From contig CAJNYD010000061.1 of assembly GCA_905331295.1 (NCBI GenBank), forward strand, positions 1,877 to 65,876: a stretch of 64,000 nt of DNA, given 5' to 3'. Within the stretch, counting starts at the first letter, position 1, and each line of letters starts with the position of its first letter. Positions 24,767 to 40,400 of this stretch are shown one piece after another. The DNA is from Rotaria socialis. Its lineage: Eukaryota. The notes beneath the pieces are model-generated. The model did no database searches. It saw only the letters and a program-made list of their open reading frames with translations, and was not told where the DNA came from. A program made the translations under genes and the position numbers.

Positions 24767-26063
24767 TAACACAATCATTAAATATATGGATCTGGGAGTT
24801 CAACGCTCTTGCTCAAATGTATCATTGAGTTTGGCAAGCTAATGAAGTAACCAGGATAGGATTAAGTTAGACTGAGTCCAATCTTCGCATAGAAAAGAAA
24901 AAGAATTATTTTTACAACAGTAAGACCAACGAAATATGGAACAGACAATCAGCTACTTACTATTTCATCTTAATGATCAAACTGGTTTTGCTCTCATTTA
25001 CCATGTGCATTTATTTCGGATGGAATGAATCCTTTACTATTGAATCGAAAATTTTAATATGGGTGCTGTTCATGACGTGAAAGAACTGACATATTATAAA
25101 TTTAAGATATTCACAATTCACGACTGCAATAGAATCTATATTTTGTATTTTCCTGTAATAATTCGATCGGGCTGTATTAGAAAAATATCTTTGAAAATAA
25201 AATAACGAAATGTCAATAAAATCCCAAAATACTATGGATCGAAAGATACAAAAAAAAGATATAATCTCAAGCTGTTTCTTGATCAAAAAAATCGTTCTAG
25301 ATTTACTGTGTAAATACTTGAAGATTTGGGTGTGGGTATGAAAGTGAGTGCGTTGGAAGATGATTATCCATTAAGCGAAAATTTTTAGCTAGACTCAGAT
25401 TCTTAAGAAAAATTGCTGATTCTTTTTATTGAATTAATATCTACAAATTGGCATCCTCTACAACATCAGTCTATCTTCATTTTTCTGTGACTATACGAAT
25501 TTCATCTACTGCATTGAAGTGAATACTTTGTACATGAATTAATTCTTCACTAAAAATAGTGGAAGGTAACTAATTATTTATGTTTATCAAAACATTTGAT
25601 TGATTGCTGTAGCATTGATGGAATTCGAGGTTTTCAAAATAATAAAATTAATTTGTTTGTATCACCAAACTATCTACAATATATGTGGCTGAATTTAGAA
25701 TAATAAATATGACGGGTCTTTCTCTTAAAATGTAGAGCTAGTTTCTTTGCTCATAGTTACATTATGAACTTAGAGAAAAAATAGATTTATTGACTCTATA
25801 ATAATGATTGATCTATTGGAGTATTCATGAATAATAATGACTATTATTATTAAGCTGCAATTTAGATATAAAAAGTTTTTTTTTAAATATAAAGTTCGTT
25901 TATTTATATTCACTTCCAAATACTTTGCCAATGATTTCCAATGCAAGAAAAAGAATTTAAAACGCCGAAGGATTGATTAAAAAACATATGTGTGATACAT
26001 AGATAAAAACAAATAATAGATTTTTTAGAATATGTGTACTTTAGAATTGAAATGCAAGCCATT

Positions 26064-27617
26064 TCAAGTTGTCATGTCATTATGTAAATGGTCTGTTTTA
26101 CGCTTAATTAATTTAAATTTAATCTTATCTTCACTATTTTTTACTGCGTCTGTTAATTCTTCCATAATTTCATTGGCAATTCGATCCATCGATTTATCAT
26201 TCATTTCATTATCAGCAAACGAAATAATCAATCGAACAGAAGCTGCTGAACGATTATGTCGTAGAGATTTTTTATTATTGATTGATAAATATATTGAAGA
26301 GGCTGATGCCGGTGCTGGATGTTGTTTATTTGACAAAACGTTTTTAGTTTCACTTAATTTTCTATTTATAAAATCTTGTTTTTCATCATGCTCACTTTCA
26401 CATGGATCGATTGCTGATATAACATGGTCAGGAAAAAATCTTTTACGATTATAAACACGTTGATAACGGTCTACAAGTATTGATACAAGTATTCCACTTG
26501 TTGCAACACCAAAATAAGCACATGTGCAAGCTAGAATTCGGCCAATTACTGTTGTAGGATACATATCCCCATATCTAATTTAGAAACAAAAAAAAATGTT
26601 TACAGGTTAATATAATCTATATCAAAATATTTTATTCTTTTATAAAAAAAAATAATGTTCTTTTATGATACGTCTTCTTTAGCGAAGACTATTTTATTTG
26701 TGATATTATGAATTTCAAAGCTTATTACATTATTTTTCAAGATAAAATCGATTTCAGTTGTTGATCATCAAAATCACGAATGATTGACATATGTCAGTTC
26801 GTAGTACTATCAGAAACGCCGATATTACGTGAGATATATATTGCTCTCTGTTTCACGTAGGAAATAATATTTCAAGAAATGCGCCAAACATATGAAATAT
26901 AAAATTAACTTTATCATCTAGTCCCTGGGAAATTTTAAAAGACATTATTCGTTGTCAAGTTTGTAGTTATTGATGCATCAATATTAGTGTCACACTTGTT
27001 GACATCTTAATGAAAACACAATGAGTAAGTTAATAATCAATTTTGAATACTACTTTGATGTGTTTCTATATGGAGACATCTGTACAGCATAAAATTTGTT
27101 TAGCATCAGCTAGTTTCTTTATGAATTTGTAGTTGCATTGATTATTCACTAGCAAAACAAAATATCATCACTCATGTACGCTATTTTAAACTAGATGATG
27201 TACACCATTTTGTAGAACTCAGTGAGTGTAACATCTGGTATTGATTGTTCATATCTCTATGACAGTTTGAAGCAAGTATTATATATCTCAATGTCTGAAA
27301 AATCATCAACAGACTGAAAGTCAAAGTCTTGAATTTCAAATGTATCACAAATTCAAATAACGTAGATCTCTTGATTTAATAGACTAAAATTAAATATAAA
27401 AGTCAAGAATATTGCTATTCTAAAACAGTTTATATAAAAAACTATGCAAGTTTCAAATCATTTCAAATTTCATCAGAAATAGTTCGTAATTTGGTTTTTA
27501 AACATTTATTCTATATAGAATGATACTATACTCGGAGAATTATTCATTTAATACTGGTGAAAGCAAAAATATGCTCCAATTAAGGTACGAATCACCTTTT
27601 TAATGCCATATCGAGAG

Positions 27618-27655
<38 letters not shown>

Positions 27656-29928
27656 TTATTTCTCGCAAGGCGTATAAAAAACATTTTAAAATACTATGTT
27701 GCAGTGACCTCAAGAACGGAGATTCATACACGACTTTTCTGATCATCTAATGAAAGTTTTACAATTGTACTAAAAAGAAATTTTCTGAATTTCATTTGAA
27801 CAATCACCCGAATACAAATCATACTCTATACGCACAAGTTTTCAAAGATTGACTATTTTTTAAATGTTGAAATTATTAAAACGAAAATAGCTTGGTAGCA
27901 CTCTCGTTACTAACATATTAAAACAGCTGTGAATACAGTTGATGATATACACTCAAGCATGTAAATAATTAAGCGAACAAATCTATATCATTCGTTATGA
28001 ATCAGTTCATATGTCTTAGTAAAAGAGTTCTCGTAGTAATAAATTTTAGAATGGCTATCTCTATTTTAGTTTTGACAATTTTTTTCATTATACATGTAGG
28101 CATATATAAAAACTATAGGTGACTTTATCCGAAGTATGCAACGAGTTCTATGTAGCCTTCGGCTACCGCGGTGCATGAATCGCACTTTGAAACTATACAA
28201 CCGATTGACAAGGTGTTGTCTATTTAAATAATTGTTCAAGCATTTCTTGAAATAAATAGTCACCCATGAAAGTGCTATAGACACCGATCAAGCTGTTGTG
28301 CTGAAAGATGTCTACGAACCACTGTTGTTATTTTTATTGGCTAACTTACTCAATTGTACATAGCTCTATTGTAAAGCAACTCTAAAATTCTTTTACTCGC
28401 TTTATTTTTTTATTTGTTTTAATCGATGAATTTAAAAGGATTTCAATCGCAATCGAAGCAAAACGCTTAGATTCAATATCTACTTAATGATGTAAAATAA
28501 AACGAAGCTATACTACTATCATTTCAATATTGTTTACAAATAAAATTCATATTTCTATAAATACTCACCCAACCGTTGTTATAGTTATTATACCCCAATA
28601 AGTTGCTTTTGGAATCGAATCAAACATTTGACCGTTACTACTTCCTTCTGCAAAATAAGTGCCAGTTCCAAATAGAAAAGCCAATAAAGCCAATATAATA
28701 ATGAAAATAATAAAATCCACAAATGATTCTTTCAAGGTTGCGCTAAGAACGCGTAATGACTTCAATTGAGTAAAAATTAAATAAATTTTCATTAGACGTA
28801 AAAATCGTAATATTCGAAATGCACGTAAACCGGATATCAAACTTGCATCTACTTTCGATTTTTGATGGCTTAATTCAAGACCTAAGATTACAAAATAAGG
28901 AATGATAGCACTTAAATCAACCCAATTATATATCGATAAGGCGAATTTATAATAGGATGGTGCACTAAGTAAGCGTAAAATAAATTCAATGGTAAAATAT
29001 GATACACATATTGTTTGAATTATAAAAAATGGCGACGAAAAATTTTCTGAACATAATGGGACATTAGTTGTGTTTAATGTCACATTGCTTTTATTTTCAC
29101 ATACATTATATTCTTGATTATATTTTGGTAAGGTTTCAACAGCTAATGAAACACAGGATAAAACAGTTAATAGCATTGAATTAAAATGAAGAATTCGACC
29201 AAACCTTGAATGTTGAGGATATTCAAGATGAACCCAAATATAACGACGCCAAAACCAATTTGGTAATTGGATATATTTAGCGATGGAAACATTTTCTGAC
29301 TTGCCAATTTCTGATATAGCTTGTGGGCCTAAATCAAAAAATGAAACTTCTTCCAAAAATGTATCTAAAGGAACATAATCTGGTCGACGAAGACGTCCAT
29401 TTGATTGATAATAGTAAAGTATTGCTTCAAAACAAGCTCGATGACGATCAAAAAAATATTCATTTTCTTGTTCATTCCAATAATCCATTCGTTTTTGTTT
29501 ATTACCCAATAATGTATTTGGATAATTTTCAAATATAGATAAATATGTTTGATAACGTTTACCACTAATATTTATTGTTATTCTATCATGTTCTTTGTCA
29601 CCCTTCGTTTTTGTTGATGAGGAAGTATAATATTGTTTTTTAACTTGAATCAAACTATCACGAGCAGCGATTAAAAATTCGCTATAGAAAAAAAAACAGT
29701 ATTTAGACGAAATTTGGAAAATATTTGAAAGCTTAAACCTTATCTTTTCTCGTCGATTCTTTATTGGGTTTGAAATGTCATTTTTTCCTTTTTCTGGTTC
29801 AAGTTTTCGACTAAATTAAGTCAAAAATATTTTTATTTTTTGTGAATTTAAATTGAAACTAACCGAATAAATTTTTTTCGAAAACTCTTTTGTTCTAATG
29901 ATGCTAATTGATCGTTCAAAGGATTCAT
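26064..29928 (-). CDS. Shaker/Kv1-like voltage-gated K+ channel subunit (4 exons; ~2-kb intron inside TVG|YGD)
   Basis: T1 domain (INISGKRYQT...EYFFDRHRACFEAILYYYQSNGRLRRP), S4 LRAFRILRFLRLMK, pore TITTVGYGDMYP. Confidence 0.95.
27623..27653. repeat. (TA)n microsatellite
   Basis: Directly visible. A shorter one lies at ~34648-34669. Confidence 0.9.
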
Positions 29929-30763
29929 TTTTATGGATGTATTCTTATTTATGAATCGAACGATGCAACATATTTGTTTTTATCATTTTGCAATATTATT
30001 TAGAAGGTAGACCGAAAAAGATAAAGAGAAAAGAAAAAGCCTTGTCCATCATATAATAAAAAACATGACTAAATATGCTCGTTAAATAGCATAAGTCATG
30101 TGCAAAGAAAAATAGAGAAACAATAAATCATATTTTAATGGTTGCTTGTGTTATCAGTCGATTTTCATAGAGCACAATATTGATTATTTTCTATTCAAGA
30201 GAATATTTCGAATCGAGTAATAAGCAACTGGATGAGTCACCATTCCTTTACTCAATACATATTGCTTGTCTTCATATCAGATAGGCATAGGAATTCTTGT
30301 TGTTACTTCGTTTTATTTTTGTTCTCTGAAAATTATAATAAGATGATAAATATTTATTTTAAATTGAATTCAATTTAAATTCAAATAAATTGTTTCAATT
30401 ATCAAATATATCTGAAATAAAACCGATGATATCATCTCAGACACATCTTCAATAACAGTAAACAACTGATTCATTAAGTAATGATTTACAGTAGGATTTT
30501 GTACAATAGATCTTAAAAATTCATATCTCAACAGGTTTTATTTAGAAACCCAAAACTGTTTATTTTTTCATTTTCTTCAATGTTACAACATCACGAACAT
30601 ATTTTAACTAGTTCTTCCCTTTCCTGGCTTTAGTTTTACTGTGAAAACGATGCATACTAAGAGTGATGGCAGAATCCTGTTACACTAGGTAACAAAATTT
30701 TTCACCAAATAAACTTACCAAGTATGCCATCTGAATTTCCCACATATTCAATATATTATCCAA

Positions 30764-30873
30764 GGGGGAGGGGACTCATTCGGACATTCCCAGCCATTCG
30801 AATGGCTCGGAATGAGTTTTCCCCGTCGGTATTACCCCTCGGATATCCACTTCGATACCCGAGGGGTAATACC
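30764..30873. repeat. GC-rich double hairpin
   Basis: Palindrome AGCCATTCGAATGGCT inside ACTCATTC...GAATGAGT. Second stem GGTATTACCCCTCGG...CCGAGGGGTAATACC (15 bp perfect). Confidence 0.8.
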
Positions 30874-31411
30874 TAAAAATGAATTTAATGAGCATTATGA
30901 CGTTGAAATCTTGATATCAAATGTAACGGTATTATGATTGCTATGGGTTTCTTTTACTAAAGTCTTGCTATAAAACGAATATACTTCATAAAAAAGTCTT
31001 TATCACTATATGACATAGAGTCACAATATTAGAAATTGTAAAGAGTTCTAGAATACTAATGAAATTCTTTCGAAAAATGATCAGATATTAAAAATCGGTA
31101 AACCATTATAAAGATTATTTTTTATGTACTTATCGTTGTTGCAAACCATTTCATCAGATATAGTTATTACAGTAATTTCAGAATAAAAATCACAAAAAAA
31201 TGTATTCGTAATCGTTCATTTGAACAAACTTCTATCAAAAATAATATTGACCAGCATCAAAGAAATATATTGATCTTCAATTATTGTTTATTGTAAAATG
31301 CTTATTGAAATGATTTGTATTTTATTAGTAGAATTAATGTCTTTTCAACGATTATTAATACAACAAAGCAAAAACAATTGTTGAAATACATGAACAAAAA
31401 GAGAAAAACAG

Positions 31412-34400
31412 TTAGTTTCCATAATTATAAGGCCGATTTCGTTTTGAAAATCGACTATATCCACCAGAACCTCGATAATTATTTGAATATTCACTGCGAT
31501 TGTTAGTCCATCCGGTTTGATACGATGATGTAGGTGGTGGATCACTCATATTAGATGATGATGCAAAAAATGCACTATCATATTGTCTCTTATTACCGAA
31601 CGATGATGATAAATTTCCTGGAGTAGATGGAAATATCGATTGATCAGGTGAGAAACTAAAAGCGCTTCCACTTGTACTAAACAAAAGAAAAAGATAAATA
31701 AATAGCCATCAGTGAATTTCTATTCTATATGTCTTTCTTACTTATTCTGTGGTCGATATTGTTGTTGGTATGAATTATGACTTCGATAATTATATCTATT
31801 AGATGGACGATTACGTCCACTATAAAACGAACTTTGACTATATCCTCTGTTTGACGGAAATAATTGATTTGGAGGATATTCAGTGGATGCCGGTGATTCA
31901 CTAAGAACAGAACATTTCAGTTTTTAATCCATCCAATAAAAACGATAAAAGCTAAAATAAGATAATTTTGCTCACTTGAAATTTGCATTTACTGATTGTA
32001 TATTATTATTGTCTTCATTGACTTTTTCACATAAAATATGTTCAAGTTGTTGATCAGATAACAGACGAATTAAATTGCATAACTGTTCAACTGATTGTGG
32101 GCGATTAATAATATCATTTGGCTCTTGTGTACATCGTATAATTAACGCTTCTACAGCTGGTCGAAGAGAGACAATTTTTGATGCTAAATCAACATTCATA
32201 TTTAATAAAATCCTATATCAATTAAAAATAAAAATTTTATCAAAAAACTCTCAATGACAAACCAATTATCAAGGCAAATAAGATTCGACTCCACAACGTC
32301 AACTTGATCAGAAGCAAATAATAATAATTGAACTGGAGTTGACATTGACATTTGTTTAGCAGATACAGCTCGAGTTTTTATCTTGATTAAGACAAAAACA
32401 AACATTTCATTTTATTGTCATAAAATTTCAAATTTCACTTTACTTTTTCGGTAAAAACAAAAAATGGTGATGGAAATATTGGAATTTCTCGTCCACAATT
32501 AACTGAATTCTTGTGTATTAATGCTTCTTTACCTTCAGTTGTCAATAGTTTTCGTTTCGATATATGAAAGCAAACATTGGGATAAAGAGCATAACAAAGA
32601 AGTGATATCACCTTTAAATAAATAATATTAGAATTATATGAGAGAATTGTTCTTTTATACAATATCTAATTTGGATTCTGATTGTTCTACATCAAACCAT
32701 TGAGATGATAAACATTCTTCAGGAAAACCAGACATTAACATTATATCGCGAAGTTGATTCTAAATAAAAATAAGTGTAACCTTAAAAATATTAATAAATC
32801 TAAATGATTTTACTCGTGCTTCATAGGTCATTCGCATCGTAGATAAATTAAGACATTTACGATCACAAAATTCCATTTCACCACGTTCACCATTGCGATG
32901 TCTTAAAAGCAAAAGTTTTTTCATTAATAGAAATATTTTTCGTTTTGTTCAAATAATACTTTTCTCTTTCATATTGTTGGAATGCATTAAGTAAAGCGAC
33001 ATGATCAGAAAAACGATTTCCAGCAAGATTTCGATGCATATGACGTAGATGTTTTCCATCATGTAGAAATGGTTCAGGAAAACTCGTTGCTGATGCTATT
33101 GTACAAGCGGCATCACCAACGCTAAAGAAAGTTTTTATTTTAATTAGCTCTACAATATTATATAGTCACTTTAAACTTGTTGTCAATGATGCCTTTAAGG
33201 TTTATTTACATAAGAAAAAAAACCAATCATTACTATTGACAAAAGAAATTTAAGAAAGAGAAATTTTTAGTAGTTTTCTTTTTTTTGACAACGATACGTA
33301 TAAAATATGGCCATTTTTCGTGTTAGCTTCCTCTACGGTAAATGTCATCTGGTGACAATCGATGAAAATCCTGCTACATTAGAAGGTTTTCGAAAAACAA
33401 TCGAAAATGTTCTTCCACCATGTCGAGAAATCGATGATTATTTGTATGTAGTTAGTGGCAAACCTCCTCATCAATTAAATCTCAATAATGAACAAGAATT
33501 TAATCAACATCGAACATTAATAACAAGTGGTTGTTACATATGGATAAAATTAAAATAGCTTACCAAAAGATACAACCTAATATAATCATTTTACCAAGTT
33601 TTGGTTCAATCGGTAATCGTGCTAAAATTTTGCCTAGTGGTGTTAATTCGTCATTTTCATCAATGGCTTGCATTTCTAAAATTTTGTCATATACATTTTC
33701 ATTTTCATTTTAAATAAAACTAAAACAAAAATTCTTTTTTTCTCACGTTTAAGAGTAAATTCAGCTTCAGCAACAGCATCCATTGGTGGTTGTTCAATAG
33801 CTTTCGATAAAAATATTTTAATATCACCCAATTTCAATAACTTAATAGCTAATGCAAGCTCATGTAAAGGTGTACGAAATATTTCTGGTAATAAATAATT
33901 CTCTAAATGTTCATAACGCGCTTTAGAACATAAATAAAAACAACAACCAGCTCTTGTTCGACCAGCGCGGCCACGTCTTTGTGTTAGATTTGTTTTCGAT
34001 GCCCAAACAGTAACATAATTTGTCATATTATTACGTGATGAAAATAACTTTTGTTTTACTTTACAACTATCAATAACATAAACAATATCATCAATTGTTA
34101 CACTTGATTCAGCAATGTTTGTCGAAAGAATTATTTTTTTAACGCCTGATGGAACATGTTCAAATACTCGATGTTGTTCTTCACGAGGTAATTGAGAATG
34201 TAATGGAAGAAATCGAAATCCAGATGAACCTAATCAATGAAATGATTTTATTGATATACTGATGAAACAAAAAAGAAATTTTCTTTTCTGAACTTACTAA
34301 ATCTCGGATGTTGTTGGAAATATTTAAGTAATGCTTGAATCAGATTCCATCCGGGTAAAAATATTAAAATAGCTCCATCATCACCCAAACTACATATATA

Positions 34401-37400
34401 ACTTATTAACTCCTTAAATAAGGGATTTTTTATTATTGAATATATAGATTTTTCTCATTTAGCTTCTTACTTCAATCAATTCAAATGACAGAGACTTTTC
34501 ACTTAATTGATTCATAGCGGTTGCAGTTTGCGGAGAATATTCTTGGCCACAAATTGAATTGTAATTAACGTCCTTCAAAGAAATATATTTTGAGTTCATT
34601 TTCATTACAAATATATTCGCTATTTTATCTATGAATCATAGAATCGAATATATATATATATATATATATGAACTAATCATAAAAGTAGAATATAATAGAA
34701 AAAGATATTAGAAATTGCTTTAGTCTGTAGTCGATCAAAAAGGAAGAGAAAAAAATGTTTAGAGAATAGTGTGTCCGATGAAATTTTAGAATATATCTTA
34801 TATTGTTCTTCAACATAGCTACTCAAATATAATTTAATCTAATTTTTGTTGTATGATTTATTGGTTAGCGTATGACTTGCTAAAATATTTCGTTTTAAAA
34901 TATACGATGTACATGTTTTTAGCATTAGCAGAAAATTAAGATTATTAAATTTTGAAATCTATATCCGTAGCATAAAACTTAAACTTTTTTTTATCAATCT
35001 CATGTTTTTTAAATCTATTCAATAGAACTCAAAACTAAGCAAAACTTCTTGTGAATACTTTTCAAATACATATTCTTTTATTTTCTCTAATAACCTTTCA
35101 TCATCGTGAGTTAATCAATCGATGACTGAATTCTCCTATGTAATGAAAAACTAAACAACAGTGATCAATATTAAATGAATTCAACACTAATAGAATTTCA
35201 AGTATTTAAACCATTATGCCTAGTGAAAATAGTGAATAGTTATGCAAATAAGAGACTTAAGTTAAATATAATGGTTCATCAACAATAGCTTTTCGAATTA
35301 TCAATTACGGTAGCATCTTTAATAGAGAAATACATTGATAAACAAGATGTTCGTTACAATCATTGTTAGTGCGTCAATTTAAGTGAGTATTTTTCTGAGT
35401 CTATATTTTCTTCGCTGCCCAAGTTATTTTTCCACGTTATAGAAAAACAATAATCATAAAAAATTCATTAAATATTTTCTAATCATAGATAGTTCAATGA
35501 ATCTTGATGGTCTTATCGGATATTTCTACCTCAAATTTCTTTCAAATTTCTTCTTGAAACTACAATGTCTTTGGCTTAGTTTTCTTTCAAATTTTGATTC
35601 TTATTGAATCTTCTCAGTTAATTTGTACATTCATACCTAGATCTTATGAAAAATCTATTCGATTATTTGATATTTACCATAAAGAAAAAACTATTTCAAT
35701 TTAATGCTAAACGAAAATAAACATAATATGACGATTTCATTATCACAGAAAAACACAAATTTTCGATGGTCGACACATTTATGAAAAATGTTTCTAAGCT
35801 ATAATGATAGTATTTCTTTTATACGGAAACGGGAACTCATAAACGTTCGAAAACAGATCAAGTCAGTTTTTTTTCATCAAAAAACAATTAGTACCTCAAT
35901 ATCATCTACTTGTGAATCTTCATATCCAAGATCATCATCATCATCTTGTAATTGTCGATTTTTATTATTTTGTTTTCGACTTGTTAATGCTGAATTCATT
36001 GGCTGAAAATTAAGTAACTGAATAATATCTTCAAGATAATATTCTCGAACATCAAATGTTCGTCCTTCAATTTCGATTATTGAACAATTAAAAAAATATT
36101 CACGAAATAGAGTTACATCAATTGTTGCTAAATAATAAATTTTAACAAAAATAAAAATTACTTCAAATTATTTTCAATTACCAGACATAAGAATAACTTT
36201 CATTTGAGGATAAACGTTGAGCATATCACGAAGCAAAACCAATAAGAAGTCTGTATTTATATCACGTTCATCTATAGAAATACAAACAATATCGTAACGT
36301 ATATATGATTATAAAATAGTAATTAAATTCTTTTATAAATAAGAATGCTAATATTCAAAAGTGAACATGTCAAAATCGAATACAAAAAATTAGAAAATGA
36401 TGTTCTATTTAAATCTTGAAAAAAATATCATAGTTGTATTTCATTTTAAGAAATATAAACTTACAGATTTTAAAAACTATCGAAAAATAATTCTATAGAT
36501 ATAAGAATGATCTTTATTAAACATACTAATCGGTTTTCTTCCGAATATTTTAATTATACATATCTATGTAGACTTTTATTTTAATTGTCTTGTTCAGATT
36601 CAGTTTTCACAATAACAATGTAGAAAATACTTTTTTTTCAAAATTTTGTATCGATTAAATAACCCCTAAGTTCTGAAAAATGACAAAAGCATAAGTATAC
36701 TTTAGTTAACTGTCGTTCATTCGAATAAAAAGAAACTATTTAAGTTAGAAAAACAATTGTTTGTTTTCAGAATAATGAATATAAGAGTTACTTTGTTACT
36801 TAGAATTGCATTGTTCTTTTGTTCAATACTACGATAGTTAATTCATAATAAAAAGAAAATACTTACGGATTTCATCGACAATAACATGAGATATTCCTCT
36901 TAAACCACTTTCAAGTTTTCTTAAAAGAACACCAACAGTACAAAAAAGTAAAGAACCATATGGCCGAGGAAGAATTGATTCGAAACGAACACTATAACCG
37001 CATGAATTACCTAAATCTTCACATCGTTCTAACAAAAAGAAGAAATTTGATGACAAATAAAAATCAAAGTAGGCTGATCAAACCCCAAGAGACACGTTCA
37101 GCAATTGAAATAGCACTTATTCGACGTGGTTGAGTAACAACAACATTACAATAAGCACCTTGATTATTTTGAATAGCGTCATCAATTATATATTGAGGAA
37201 TCTGAAAACATCGATTGCATAGAAAAATCTAAAATTCTCATTCAAACGATTCTCTTGAAATTACTTGAGTTGTTTTACCACATCCAGTCGCTCCACGAAT
37301 AAGAATCACATTATTGGTTTTTATTTGTTCAAGTATTTGTTGTCGATAATGAAAGACAGGTAAATTTTGACGTTCCTGAAGACGACATTTCAATTCATTT

Positions 37401-40400
37401 TCTACTTTACACTGTTCTGCACGATGTAAATCTTCACTTATTGATTCCATTGTAGCTGTAGCTAATGGACCTGCATCAATATTTGAAGCTATCCATGGAT
37501 TCCAATTCGGTATTGGTGGAACCCATTGAATTATAGATGATGTTGTACGACGTTCACTCGGAGGAAAACTTTCTAAAATTTGAGTATTCAATATTGAGCC
37601 ATTTGGTTGTTGTTCATTTATCTGTAGACAAGTGTTCTGATTTTAGATTAAATCAAGTTTATCTTATACCTCTATTGGTTGAATATTGAATAGTTTAATA
37701 ACATTATCAAGTTCTGTTATAGTATCATTACTCACAATAACACGAAATGGTGTTGTCTATAAAGAGAGTATAATTGCATGGATATTATTTTTAAAAGTCT
37801 TTAGGTTAAGTTGACCCATATGAATATATCATACGATCATCAATCAATCAATCATTTTGTTCCTCAATTTTACATAGTTCACTTTCAGTAATATTGTAAT
37901 AAACATAAAGAAGGTATTTAAGTAGAATAATCCAAAGTTACCGGTAGAAATTGACTTGAAGAGATTGTGAAAACATTCTCATCAAACTACACTAAACTGA
38001 ATAAAAATCTTGCTCCAATCAGCGATAAAAATCACTGAAAAAGTTTTTTAACATAAATACGAAAATATTTCGAGTTGAAAAGTAGAATTTTTCATGAATC
38101 TGCAGTAATTGTTAATGGGCAATAAATATATTTGATTCTTGATAAACACGAATATCATTTTTAAGAAAAATTGTTTATCACTAAATATCTTCAAAAATTA
38201 AAAGACTGAAACTCGGTTATGTTCAATTTCAAACAAGCATTTTAATGATACTGTTCAACATGGATATTTAGAGATCTTTCTTTAACAATATCAAATAACG
38301 TGAAATAATGAATATTAGTCAATTATGATCACATATTGGCAAAAATATATAAATTTTCTTGCTTTAAAAAGGAGAATAGTAAAAGTGAATATACATTATT
38401 GATAAAACGGCAAAGTATAGAATTGATCCTATTTTTTTTTTGTTTAGTTTTCTAATAAAATAAATATAAAAGCACGTGAAATTACTTTTTCAATTTGTTT
38501 TTTCTTTTTTTCGCCAGTAAATGCTTCAATTGCTTTTAAATGATAGAGTTGTCGAACAAGTGCAAGTGCACAACTTTTTGAAGCAATCTGCTTAGTTGAT
38601 CCATTTTCTCTTGCATGAATTGCTGAAAATGAAATGTGTGTTTCGTTTAAGTTTTTCTTTTTCTTTTTAACTTACTCTGACTACGTTCTCGAATAAAAAC
38701 GGATAATTCGGCAAAAAATGTTCTAGAATATCTCTGATCATTGAAAATTTTCTACAATGGAAGAAAAAGTGACTAATGCCATTCTTCATTGATTTACGTT
38801 TTCTATCTTTGAGTTATCGATCAATCGATCTAACTTATGAAATTATTATTTTGTGTTCGTCAATAGAACGTAAAGCAAGATCGATTGATCTATTTGATTA
38901 GTTTTATAGATTATCGAAGTATGAGCATTTGTCACTTTTACAGAGAAAACTCTCTGTTTTCTATGTTAAAATAAAACAAACCGAAGATTATCTGGTCCAC
39001 TTGCTGTGTATTTGTATTCTTGTGGAAGATTACTTTTTTGTAAATATTGATGAAGGCGACCTTTTGCATTTTCAATGGTCCAATTTCCATGTATCGATGC
39101 ATTTGTATCACTTTCTTCTTGCTAAAAACATTTTCAGAAAACAACATCTATGAAGAAGAATTTTTCATACATATGATTGCTTCAAACCTCTTCGAGCATT
39201 TTACGACCAGAACGAATATGTTCAAGATAATGAGATGGTGGTCCCGGTTGATAGGGAAGAAGAGTAGGTGGCGAACTAATTTTGTCTAAATTAAAAAAGA
39301 AGATTCCATTGTATTAAAATGATAAAGAAGACATTTTACTTAGAAGAAAATTCTTTGTTGAAACATTGAATAAAAATGAATATATAAATAAAATAGTGTT
39401 CGTAAAGAGACAAGTTCTTTTTTCAACTTCGAAAGTATTTTGATTTATGTATGTCAAGAATCGATTCAATAACATTTTTTGAAAAGACTTGCTCAAATAT
39501 ATTTCTAAGCATTTTTCTACTCAAAATTCTTTACTTCTGCATAGATCATAAACAAAACATATCTTTATCAATTTCATAATGAGTTACGAATGTCATTTAT
39601 AAAAAAAATTCAGACATTTTATTAAAGAATCATTTTTTCATATCATAAGGAACCACTAATTAATTTCTTTTAAAGTACTTGACAAAAAAAGAGGAATTAT
39701 TTTTGATAATGGGACAACAGTCTAAGTTGGCTGATTAATCGATGGGTATGAGGAAATGATTTATTTGGAATTACAGAGAACTGATCAGCAGTTGAAATGA
39801 ATCCTTAAGTGCATTGTAAAGATGAATTCGACAATTGATTATCGTCATAAAAATGTTATGTTTACTTCTGAAAAGTCTATACATATGTTCATCGTCTTTA
39901 TTCTATAGGGCTCATTTGTAGTATCGTTTAACTGAAGTGATTGCTTTTTTCGTAATATATACTTTAATATAATTCAGTGTAACTAACCAGCTATTGTATT
40001 ATGCTGCAGCATATGTGGTGGAACAAGACCAGATGGCAACGTTCCAAGTGATTGTGTCGTAAGAACAGATGAATTTTTTGATGGCTACAAAAATATTTTA
40101 TGAAATCATATGACCATATAAATTGAGTAAATAAAAAGAAATAATTTACAAGGTATGGTTCAAGTTCATTCTGTAACATTTTTCCTTCACGAACCTAAAT
40201 TAAGAAGGCCTTTTGAATTGTAAATTAAATTAAAAAGAAACCAACTAGGTATTGACAGAAATCAATTGCAGCATTTGTTTGTGCATCTTTCTTATTTGTT
40301 GAATTTCCAATTGCAGTATAACAATATGATGGTACTGTTAGCTTAAATAAAAAATAAATCAATGAAAATTTTGAAAAAAAAGTCACTAAATTATTTACTT

